Source: Nitrospirota bacterium
GTDB taxonomy: Bacteria > Nitrospirota > Leptospirillia > Leptospirillales > Leptospirillaceae
Length of the DNA: 47,849 nucleotides
Direction of reading: 5' to 3'
Assembly: GCA_027366615.1 (NCBI GenBank)
Contig: DAHXNG010000030.1
Span: 1-47,849, forward strand
Made by a program: the position numbers and the translations under genes
Notes under the pieces: generated by a model
Told to the model about the DNA's origin: nothing
Databases searched by the model: none
What the model saw: the letters and a program-made list of their open reading frames with translations, nothing else
In this document: positions 1 to 7,348 of the stretch, one piece after another
Position numbering within the stretch: position 1 is the first letter of the stretch
Layout: every line of letters starts with the position of its first letter

Positions 1-24
1 GACGACTCAATAAAATTGGACTCG

Positions 25-924
25 CTATTCCTGCGCCTCCAGAAACGACGACGCCTCCCGCCCTTTGAGATGCTCCCGGACCACGAGCGCCATCGACAGG
101 AAGATGAGACCCATTCCGGCCCCCGTAGAAAGATTCGGAACCTCTCCCAGCTGGCCCCATGAGGCCAGGATCCCAACGGCCGGAGCCAGGAGTGTTCCCA
201 TACCGGCAACTCCTGAGGGAAGGCGGTTAAGTGCATAGGACCAGAGAAGCCAAGCCAGGGCATTTCCCGGGACGGCGTTGTAGAAGAGTGCCAAGGAGAG
301 GGCCGGCGTCCAATGGATTCTCCACGGATCAACGAGTGCGGCTACCCCCAGGAGGACAATTCCGCCAAGGAGCATCTGCCATGCCGTGACATCAAGGATG
401 TCCATGGCGAGCGCCCCGTGTTTCTTTTGCCAGACAGCAGACAGGGCCCAGAAGATTCCTGAAAGAAGCGCAAGCAGGATGCCCCTGCCCCCCTCCAGAT
501 GCCAAGGGGCGAGGATCAGGAGAAGACCCGCAAGGGCAATCCCCAGCGCAGCCTTCTCCAGACCCCGGATCCGCTCTCCAAGAAAAATAGCCGTCAGAAG
601 AACCAGCCACAGAGGCATCATGTAGACCAGGATGGCGGTCTTTCCGGCACCGCCGTATTCCAGGGCCCAGAGGGTACACCCCACAAATCCGGTCGACTGG
701 AGAAGTCCCAGAGGAAGAACGTAGCGGACTGGGGGCATGGCGAGAGGACGGCCCATCGCACGAAGGATCGAAAAGAGGACAAGAGTTCCCCCGAGAACTC
801 GCATCGCCGCAAAGAGAAGCGGCGGACAGTCCGCCAGAGCGGTCTTCATGACGACCCAGTTGTAGCCCCAGATCAGAGAGAGCAAGAGCAGGGCAAGGGC
901 GGGAAAGAGGGGAGTCTGTCTCAT
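25..924 (-). CDS. EamA/DMT-family membrane transporter
   Basis: ORF 25..1035 is hydrophobic throughout with an EamA-like N-terminus (LIWGYNWVVMK). I moved the start to ATG 924 (MRQTPLF...). The 37 upstream codons are not membrane-like and would run into the gene ending at 941. Confidence 0.8.
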   Translation of the reverse strand: MRQTPLFPALALLLLSLIWGYNWVVMKTALADCPPLLFAAMRVLGGTLVLFSILRAMGRPLAMPPVRYVLPLGLLQSTGFVGCTLWALEYGGAGKTAILVYMMPLWLVLLTAIFLGERIRGLEKAALGIALAGLLLILAPWHLEGGRGILLALLSGIFWALSAVWQKKHGALAMDILDVTAWQMLLGGIVLLGVAALVDPWRIHWTPALSLALFYNAVPGNALAWLLWSYALNRLPSGVAGMGTLLAPAVGILASWGQLGEVPNLSTGAGMGLIFLSMALVVREHLKGREASSFLEAQE

Positions 925-940
925 GGGGACTCCAGGATAA

Positions 941-2017
941 TCAGGGGGTGAAGTCCGGAAAGAGCCGGGATAGGGCTTTTCGAACCGGAGGAAAAAAAAG
1001 ATCCGTATCGAGCTCCGGAAGTCCAGGGAACCCAAGCCTTCTCACGGCAATTTCCATACGCCGGGACAGAAGTTCCGCCAGCGGCCCCTCCCCCCGCATC
1101 CGGACGCCGAACCGGGCATCGTAGAGCTTTCCGCCGTGGTACTCCCGGAGGCGGGAAAGAACCGATGCAGCCTTGTCGGGGAAATGGTGAGTGAGCCATT
1201 CCGAAAAAAGGTCGCGAACCTCAAGGGGCAGACGAAGGAGAATATGGCCGGCAGAAAGGGCCCCCGCCTCCCGGGCTCTCTCGAGAATCGACTCCGGTTC
1301 GTGGCAGGTGAGTCCGGGAATGACCGGAGCCACCAGAACCCCCGTCGGCACCCCCACCGAAGAAAGCCTCTTCAGGGTTTCGAGTCGGCGCAAGGGAGTG
1401 GTCGCCCGGGGTTCGAGGCGCCGTGAGAGCCCCTCATCGAGTGTGGGAAGCGAGATGTAAACATGGACAAGCCTTCGGGTCGCCATAGAGGAGAGAAGGT
1501 CGAGATCACGCTCGATCAAGGAAGACTTTGTGACGAGGGTAACAGGATGGGAGGCCCGATCGAGAACCTCGAGGAGCCCCCTGGTGATCCGAAGGGATTC
1601 TTCGACGGGCTGGTAGGCGTCGGTGTTGATCCCCAGTGCGATGGGGACCGCCTTGTATCCCTTATGCGAAATCTCCCCCTCAAGAAGCCGGGGTGCCTCT
1701 TTTTTAAAGAGGATCGTCCGTTCGAAGTCGAGCCCGGGCGAGAGGCCCACCGTCGCATGGGACGGGCGGGCAAAGCAGTAGATGCACCCGTGCTCGCAGC
1801 CGCGATAGGGGTTTACCGAACGGGAAAAACCCACATCAGGAGAGTCATTTTCGGTGATGATCGTCCGGGCCGTCTCGGCAATGAGCCGGGTGCGGTTGTC
1901 GAGAGACGGTCCATCGTTTCCGTCGGTGACGAACTCCCGCCGCTCTTTTTCGAAGCGGTTGTCCGGGAGGGAGAGGGCTCCCCGACCCCGAAGAGGCTCG
2001 GGCGGAATGCGGCTCAT
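941..2017 (-). CDS. Radical SAM protein, PA0069-like (SplB/DNA-photolyase-like family)
   Basis: 358 aa. Has the N-terminal RGRGA...NRF motif and a CxxxCxxC cluster (CEHGCIYC) typical of this radical SAM family. Confidence 0.8.
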   Translation of the reverse strand: MSRIPPEPLRGRGALSLPDNRFEKERREFVTDGNDGPSLDNRTRLIAETARTIITENDSPDVGFSRSVNPYRGCEHGCIYCFARPSHATVGLSPGLDFERTILFKKEAPRLLEGEISHKGYKAVPIALGINTDAYQPVEESLRITRGLLEVLDRASHPVTLVTKSSLIERDLDLLSSMATRRLVHVYISLPTLDEGLSRRLEPRATTPLRRLETLKRLSSVGVPTGVLVAPVIPGLTCHEPESILERAREAGALSAGHILLRLPLEVRDLFSEWLTHHFPDKAASVLSRLREYHGGKLYDARFGVRMRGEGPLAELLSRRMEIAVRRLGFPGLPELDTDLFFPPVRKALSRLFPDFTP

Positions 2018-2110
2018 CGCCTGACATCCTCCCCCGGGGGCCCGGGGTGAGCCTGATATCGACCCGGAGGCTCCTCCGGAGCTTCTCCGAGATTCCGGGC
2101 GACGATCATG

Positions 2111-3478
2111 CTACTCTTCCGGGAGCTCGGGGACCCCAACCTCCCAGGCCTCGAGGTCGAAAGGACGACCGCGCACGATACGGCAATCGACGATCTCTCC
2201 CGGCTTTCCCTGTCCCGAGAGAACCAGAACCTCCCCGTCGATGCCATCGGGGGCCATCCCTTTCGTGCGGCCGGAAAGAACGAGATCCGACTGCTCAGAG
2301 AGTCCTTCGATCAGAACCGGCACGACCTGCCCTTCCAGTGCCCGGTTCTTTTCGAGCGAGATCCCTCCGCAAAGGGCCAGGAGATCCTTCCGACGTCGCA
2401 TCCTGATCCGGTGGGGGATCTGTCCCGGCAGATCATGGGAGGGGGTCCCCTCCTCCCGGGAAAAGGCAAAGACGCCGACATGGTCGAACCGGGCCCACTC
2501 CGCGAACTCCATAAGAGACTGGAACTCCTCCTCCGTCTCCCCCGGAAATCCGGTGATGAAGGTGGTCCGGAGAACAACCCCCGGAAGGGCCGTACGAACC
2601 CGGTCGACAAGTCGTTTCATGAAGTCGACGTTTCCTGGCCGTTTCATCAGGCCAAGAATGCGCTCCTCCACATGCTGGAGAGGGATGTCGAGGTAGGGAA
2701 GGACCGTCCGGGAACGGGAGATGACAGAAAGAAGCCGCTCGGTCACCAATGTCGGATAGGCATAGAGAAGTCGGACCCATGGAACCCCTCCCTCACCATC
2801 GATTCGTTCGAGAAGATCCGCCAAACCGTCAGGGAGCCCCAGATCATGGCCGTAACGGGTCAGATCCTGCGCGATGAGGGTCACCTCCTGCGTCCCGCGG
2901 GCGCCAAGGTCCCGGATCTCCGCCAGAACTTCTCCGGGAGGGCGGCTGACCTGAGCGCCCCGCGCCAGGGGGATCGAGCAAAAGGTGCACGGATGGTCGC
3001 ATCCCTCGGAGACCTTCACGTAGGCACGATGGGGAGGGGTGAGCCGGGCAGAGGAGAGAGGAAAGAGCGAAGGTCGTATGGGCGCGGGGGCAATGCCCCC
3101 CCCACCGACAGAGTCAAGAATCTCCCCCAGCCGGTGCTCGTCGAAGGTGGTCAGGGCCAGGTCGATCTCCGGGATAAGCTCCCCCATCTGATCGCGGTAG
3201 CGGGAGACGAGACAGCCGGCCCCCACGAGGAATCGGGCCTTGCCCTCCTCCTTGTAGCGGGAGAGCTCAAGTAAGGTCTCGACCGACTCCCGGCGGGCAT
3301 CGGTGACAAAACTACAGGTATTGACGAGAAGAATCTCGGCCTTTTCGAGGTCCGGGACGACCTGATAGCCCCGGGAGGACAGGTCGCTGATCATCCGCTC
3401 CGTGTCGGAGGAATTCTTGGGGCATCCAAGGCTTACGATCCCCACAGTTTTCTCGTTCCAGCTGATCTCTTTTTTCAT
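2111..3478 (-). CDS. rimO: Ribosomal protein S12 methylthiotransferase RimO
   Basis: 455 aa. N-terminal VSLGCPKNSSDTE (UPF0004 domain), radical SAM CDHPCTFC, and a C-terminal TRAM-like domain. This is the MiaB/RimO architecture with a RimO-type N-terminus. Confidence 0.87.
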   Translation of the reverse strand: MKKEISWNEKTVGIVSLGCPKNSSDTERMISDLSSRGYQVVPDLEKAEILLVNTCSFVTDARRESVETLLELSRYKEEGKARFLVGAGCLVSRYRDQMGELIPEIDLALTTFDEHRLGEILDSVGGGGIAPAPIRPSLFPLSSARLTPPHRAYVKVSEGCDHPCTFCSIPLARGAQVSRPPGEVLAEIRDLGARGTQEVTLIAQDLTRYGHDLGLPDGLADLLERIDGEGGVPWVRLLYAYPTLVTERLLSVISRSRTVLPYLDIPLQHVEERILGLMKRPGNVDFMKRLVDRVRTALPGVVLRTTFITGFPGETEEEFQSLMEFAEWARFDHVGVFAFSREEGTPSHDLPGQIPHRIRMRRRKDLLALCGGISLEKNRALEGQVVPVLIEGLSEQSDLVLSGRTKGMAPDGIDGEVLVLSGQGKPGEIVDCRIVRGRPFDLEAWEVGVPELPEE

Positions 3479-3561
3479 AAGAACCTACGATCGTGTTACA
3501 ATCGGAAAAATTTCCTGAAGCCTTCCGTCCACCCCGGCACTAAACCACAAGAAAGAGACCG

Positions 3562-4017
3562 ATGATAATAAAACTTGTCCTGGCCGTCGCCATCGCAGTC
3601 ACCATCCTGATTGCCTATTCGATGGGAAAGAATGAGGACAACGCCAAGGTCAACGACATGAGGTCACAGCTTGATATGCTCAAGGCCCAGCTCGGCACCC
3701 AGGGAAAAAACATCAAGGAGTCCTATGACCGGCTCCACCGCTCTCTCAACCTTCATATGGCAGAGACAAGCATCGAAACAGCCATTCACGATACCCTCGA
3801 CGAGAATTTCGGAGAGGCTCGGATCGCGGTCGGCTCGGCGAAAAAATACCTCCAGCACTCAGAAGGCAAAGAGGTCTCAGCTGGCGAGATCTCCGTTCTG
3901 AGCGGGGAGCTCGACCGGGCTGCCCACAGCCTGGAAGCCCTCGATCGTTCCGCCATCAAGAGCCTTTCGGCCGTCGAGCAGCGCATCCGCGATCTGATCG
4001 CAAAGAACGCCCGATAG
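3562..4017 (+). CDS. Hypothetical membrane-anchored helical protein
   Basis: 151 aa. One N-terminal TM helix (IIKLVLAVAIAVTILIAY) followed by a helical or coiled-coil-like region. No family recognised. Lower G+C than its neighbours: my hand count of 3601..3720 is about 51%. Confidence 0.55.
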   Translation: MIIKLVLAVAIAVTILIAYSMGKNEDNAKVNDMRSQLDMLKAQLGTQGKNIKESYDRLHRSLNLHMAETSIETAIHDTLDENFGEARIAVGSAKKYLQHSEGKEVSAGEISVLSGELDRAAHSLEALDRSAIKSLSAVEQRIRDLIAKNAR

Positions 4018-4024
4018 GAAAAAC

Positions 4025-4186
4025 CTATTTGCCGGATTTGAGACGCTTGAAGAACCCCTGATAGGGAATCTCCGGGCTGTTCATAACGACAATCTGAACG
4101 AGCTCCCACCCTTCGAGACCCAGGAAGTTCAGCTGGTTTTCGACCTGTTCCCGACTGACCGGGACAACCCTGTACTCCCAGATCAT
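4025..4186 (-). CDS. Small DUF4177-like protein (53 aa), absent from the ORF track
   Basis: My own translation of the minus strand gives MIWEYRVVPVSREQVENQLNFLGLEGWELVQIVVMNSPEIPYQGFFKRLKSGK*. ATG at 4186, TAG at 4025..4027. The WEY...LN.LG.EGWELV pattern resembles DUF4177. It lies 9 nt downstream of the preceding ORF. Confidence 0.55.
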   Translation of the reverse strand: MIWEYRVVPVSREQVENQLNFLGLEGWELVQIVVMNSPEIPYQGFFKRLKSGK

Positions 4187-4195
4187 GGCCACGGA

Positions 4196-4399
4196 CTACC
4201 CTTCCTTGGCAGGAGCTCCGGCCGAGGGACCTGCCTGGCGCTTTTTCTTGCCTGCGGTGCGGCGAACGATCTTCTTGAGCCGGCGAAGCTCGGGGTCGGC
4301 CTTCCGGCCTTCGGCGGGGACCTCGCTCTTGCGCTTCTTAAGCAGTTCCTTTGTTACCGACATTCTTTTTTCGAGTTTTTCTGAGATTGCCTTAGTCAT
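4196..4399 (-). CDS. Small Lys/Arg-rich protein (67 aa), unknown function
   Basis: ORF 4196..4438. Internal ATG at 4399 (MTKAISEKLEK...) is preceded by GGGAGGAACA, a strong SD. Highly basic composition. No family recognised. Confidence 0.5.
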   Translation of the reverse strand: MTKAISEKLEKRMSVTKELLKKRKSEVPAEGRKADPELRRLKKIVRRTAGKKKRQAGPSAGAPAKEG

Positions 4400-4438
4400 T
4401 GTTCCTCCCTTTAAACGGGTTGTGTGTTGTTCACGCAA

Positions 4439-5194
4439 TCAGCGCGAATCGGCCTCCACTACGAAGGCGTGTCCCAGTTCGCTCTTGACCCGGCGGGCAA
4501 ACTTCCTGGCCTGCTCGGGATTGCGAAAGTGTCCGATAAAGACCCGATAGACCCGACGGCTCCCCACATTCCCCCTCCCGACGACCGGGTCGGGGTACCG
4601 GGCAAGGCTCTGTGCATAGCGGGTCGCCTGGTCATAGGCGGAAAACGAGGCAACCTGGACGACATAGGTCGCAGGAGAGATTTTTTTCCCTCCGGGGACG
4701 CCCAGAACCGTTATCTTGACGAGCCCCGTCCCGGGACCGATAATCCCGATGCGGTTGGCCGCCTCCCAGGAAAGATCGATGATTCGTCCGGAGACAAAAG
4801 GACCACGATCGTTGACCGTGACATCGACCGAGCGGTCGTTGGCCAAATTCGTGACGCGAACCTCTGTTCCCAGGGGAAGGGTCCGGTGAGCTGCCGTCAG
4901 GTCATGCTTATGGAAGATAGCGCCGCTGGCCGTTTTCTTTCCGTAAAAGGTCGGACCATACCAGGAGGCCCGGCCAACCTGAGTCAAGCCCGGCTCCCCG
5001 GGAAGAACAGCCGTGTCCTGGTATCCAAATCGAGCAATACTGGCGGAATCTCCTCCCGCATGTCCCCAGGAAATGGGCTTCCCGATCTCCGAGGCACAGG
5101 AGGCCAAAAGACAGAGCATCCCGATGGCTGTCATTCGTCGGACCTGACACATCCTTTGGATTCCCTCCATTGTCGACTCTACGTCCCGAGTCAT
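4439..5194 (-). CDS. rlpA: Septal ring lytic transglycosylase RlpA-family lipoprotein with C-terminal SPOR domain
   Basis: DPBB core (ASWYG...FHGKKTASG-like...NDRGPF), SPOR-like C-terminus (YVVQVASFS...YRVFIGHF) and lipobox LLASC. Start ATG 5194 is preceded by GGAGGGGGGAAAA. Confidence 0.85.
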   Translation of the reverse strand: MTRDVESTMEGIQRMCQVRRMTAIGMLCLLASCASEIGKPISWGHAGGDSASIARFGYQDTAVLPGEPGLTQVGRASWYGPTFYGKKTASGAIFHKHDLTAAHRTLPLGTEVRVTNLANDRSVDVTVNDRGPFVSGRIIDLSWEAANRIGIIGPGTGLVKITVLGVPGGKKISPATYVVQVASFSAYDQATRYAQSLARYPDPVVGRGNVGSRRVYRVFIGHFRNPEQARKFARRVKSELGHAFVVEADSR

Positions 5195-6164
5195 TTTTCC
5201 CCCCTCCGGTCGATCCCCGAACCCCCCGGAAATCCACCCAGACATCCAGGATCCCCACCAGGGCAAAGATCGCCAGAAAGAGCGGTTGAAGCAGAATAAA
5301 AAATCCGGCGACAAACCAGAACCAGAGACCGAAGCCCCTTTTTCTGATGTAGTTTACCAAAATGGCGACTCCCTGTCCCGAGTAGAGGGTCCCCAGAAGC
5401 ATCAGGAGATTTGTGCCGAATATCCGCACGTCGAGGGAGGGGACCAGTAGCAGGGCCAGGGAGGCAATGAAGCCAAAGACCAGAGGATCCGGAAGGAGAA
5501 AGGTCTCCGGCCCCGTCCCCCGGACCACTTCCCCGGTCTTCTCCCGCAGCGCCGTCGTCGTTCCCCAAAGGACCATGGCGGTCAAAAGCCCGAGGCTTGC
5601 AAAAAGTCCGGGGATCAAGGCGAGGAATGTCTTGTATATCATCGGCTCAAGGGCAAGTAGCCGGGTCTTGTCGTCGGGAGTCAAGGTCGACTGGGCATTC
5701 TGGATGGCCGTATTCATCACGAGAAGAACCGCCTGGTGCACGGCCTTTGAAACAGCGGTCCATAGCTCGCCGCTCGTCCTCTCATAAAGTAAAAATCCGA
5801 CCCCCCCGAGAAAAACAAGGATCTGGGTCGCGGCAAGGAGAATGATCCAGAGAGACTTGGTCCCCCGCTGGAGAGCTGCGGCGACAACAAGAGCAGGAAG
5901 GCCGCAAAGCCCAACGTAGAGAAGGACGGAAAGCCCAGGCATGGGGTTCTTGAGGAGGGATGCCAGGAGAAAGACCAGTCCGCCAGATGTCACCATGGCG
6001 CCCGTTCCCAGAAGAAGCGCCGGATAGCGGAGCTGAGCCAGCACGACCGGAACCCCTGCAAACATTGCCACAAAAATCCCCATCCGCGGAAAGGTCAGAA
6101 GGGAGAGAAACAAAGCCGATGAGAAGGAGACCGCCGACAAAAATGGCGCAGCGGGAAAGGGCAT
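4908..6164 (-). CDS. DUF2232 (YybS-like) polytopic membrane protein; 3' end suspect
   Basis: Multi-TM protein immediately after rpsR, as with yybS in Firmicutes. Start ATG 6164 lies 8 nt after the rpsR stop. The as-read frame stops only at 4908 and overlaps rlpA by 287 nt with a non-membrane-like tail. The probable true end is TGA 5191..5193 (see finding). Confidence 0.7.
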   Translation of the reverse strand: MPFPAAPFLSAVSFSSALFLSLLTFPRMGIFVAMFAGVPVVLAQLRYPALLLGTGAMVTSGGLVFLLASLLKNPMPGLSVLLYVGLCGLPALVVAAALQRGTKSLWIILLAATQILVFLGGVGFLLYERTSGELWTAVSKAVHQAVLLVMNTAIQNAQSTLTPDDKTRLLALEPMIYKTFLALIPGLFASLGLLTAMVLWGTTTALREKTGEVVRGTGPETFLLPDPLVFGFIASLALLLVPSLDVRIFGTNLLMLLGTLYSGQGVAILVNYIRKRGFGLWFWFVAGFFILLQPLFLAIFALVGILDVWVDFRGVRGSTGGGKNDSGRRVDNGGNPKDVSGPTNDSHRDALSFGLLCLGDREAHFLGTCGRRFRQYCSIWIPGHGCSSRGAGLDSGWPGLLVWSDLLRKENGQRRYLP

Positions 6165-6171
6165 GTTCAGA

Positions 6172-6402
6172 TCAGTTTTCCTCGGCAAATGCGAGGAATG
6201 CCACATTTCTCGACTGTTTGATCGCCTTGGAGACCGCCCTCTGGTGATGGGAGCAGGTTCCGGTAAGACGGCGGGGAAGAATCTTTCCGCGCTCGGTCAA
6301 ATAGGAGTGAAGGGTGGTCTGATCCTTGTAATCGATTGCCAGGGTCTCGGTGCAAAAACGGCATACTTTTTTTCTCTGAAACGAACGGGCCTGACCTGCC
6401 AT
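6172..6402 (-). CDS. rpsR: 30S ribosomal protein S18
   Basis: 76 aa with CRFC...IDYKD...[13 protein letters not shown], a classic S18 sequence. Confidence 0.95.
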   Translation of the reverse strand: MAGQARSFQRKKVCRFCTETLAIDYKDQTTLHSYLTERGKILPRRLTGTCSHHQRAVSKAIKQSRNVAFLAFAEEN

Positions 6403-6425
6403 TGGAAACTGTCCTTTCCTCTATA

Positions 6426-6467
6426 TCCGGGTGCACCGGAAAAGGTGAGGAGTGTCATTGACACTCC
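6426..6467 (-). other. Two adjacent stem-loops in the ssb-rpsR intercistronic spacer
   Basis: GGAGTGTC-ATT-GACACTCC (6449..6467, 8 bp) and TCCGG-GTGCA-CCGGA (6426..6440, 5 bp), read on the plus strand. Both are near-palindromic, so they also fold in the minus-strand mRNA. Confidence 0.35.
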
Positions 6468-6474
6468 AATGATT

Positions 6475-6909
6475 TTAGAACGGGATATCCGATTCCGGCC
6501 CCTGAAATCCTGACCCGGATCCAGGATCGGGGTAGGAGTCCTGCGAACGTCCTCCCTGGTCTGACTGTCCCCCACCGGACCGCTTTGGCGGACCAACGAA
6601 GGTCAAGGTTTGTACGATCACCTCGACCTTTGAGCGCTTCTGCCCTTCCTGCTCCCATCGGTTCTGCTGGAGGCGTCCCTCAATGAGGATGGGCATTCCC
6701 TTGGAAAGGTAGTCACGAACGAAGTCAGCCTGCTTGCCGAAGGTCACGCAATCGATGTAGCTGACATCGTCCTTCTCGTCTCCCGCCTTGCCGCGGTTGT
6801 TGTTGATGGCCAGGCTGAAGGATCCGACAGGCATTCCCCCTCCCGTCACCCGGATTTCGGGATCACGAGTCAGATTCCCCATCAGGACAACCTTGTTGAA
6901 GCTGCTCAA
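6475..6909 (-). CDS. ssb: Single-stranded DNA-binding protein
   Basis: N-terminal OB fold (NKVVLMGNLTRDPE), Gly-rich linker and C-terminal DIPF tip. TTG start overlaps the rpsF stop (TTGA). Confidence 0.94.
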   Translation of the reverse strand: MSSFNKVVLMGNLTRDPEIRVTGGGMPVGSFSLAINNNRGKAGDEKDDVSYIDCVTFGKQADFVRDYLSKGMPILIEGRLQQNRWEQEGQKRSKVEVIVQTLTFVGPPKRSGGGQSDQGGRSQDSYPDPGSGSGFQGPESDIPF

Positions 6910-7292
6910 ATGGCCTCTCCTTCAGGTGCTCCCGCAAACGCCGCACCCGCTTCGGTGTTCTGTGCCCCCGACTCCGAGGAGGATTCCAAAGTCGGAACGA
7001 CAAGGAACTTTTTCCGGAGGATCATGCTCTTGATGACACGCTCGTCCAGCCGGGCCACACGCTCGATCTCGAGCTGGTCGGAGGGACTCTTGAACTCGGC
7101 ATACAGTATAACATAATCGGCCTTCTTCTCCTTGCGCAACTCGTAGGCGAGTCTCTTCTTGCCCAGACGCTGGGTCGCATGAAGGCGTCCGCCTTTTTCT
7201 TCGACAATTTTCTCATAGCGAGAGACGACTGCCTGGGCTTCCTCGTCGGACAGCGTCGGCTTCAGAAGAAGAACACATTCGTAGAAGTACAT
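6906..7292 (-). CDS. rpsF: 30S ribosomal protein S6
   Basis: MYFYECVLLLKP... is an S6 N-terminus. It is the first gene of an rpsF-ssb-rpsR arrangement. Confidence 0.93.
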   Translation of the reverse strand: MYFYECVLLLKPTLSDEEAQAVVSRYEKIVEEKGGRLHATQRLGKKRLAYELRKEKKADYVILYAEFKSPSDQLEIERVARLDERVIKSMILRKKFLVVPTLESSSESGAQNTEAGAAFAGAPEGEAI

Positions 7293-7348
7293 GGATCAAA
7301 CCTCCCTTGGTTTTTCCTGGAATCTCTCCAGGGCATTTCAGATTGTAT

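Noticed and set aside
5191-5568. 125-aa minus-strand ORF as an independent gene.
   Set aside because: It is an alternative frame inside the DUF2232 membrane-protein gene with a junk-like translation. Only its terminal stop matters, as the probable true end of the DUF2232 gene (see finding).
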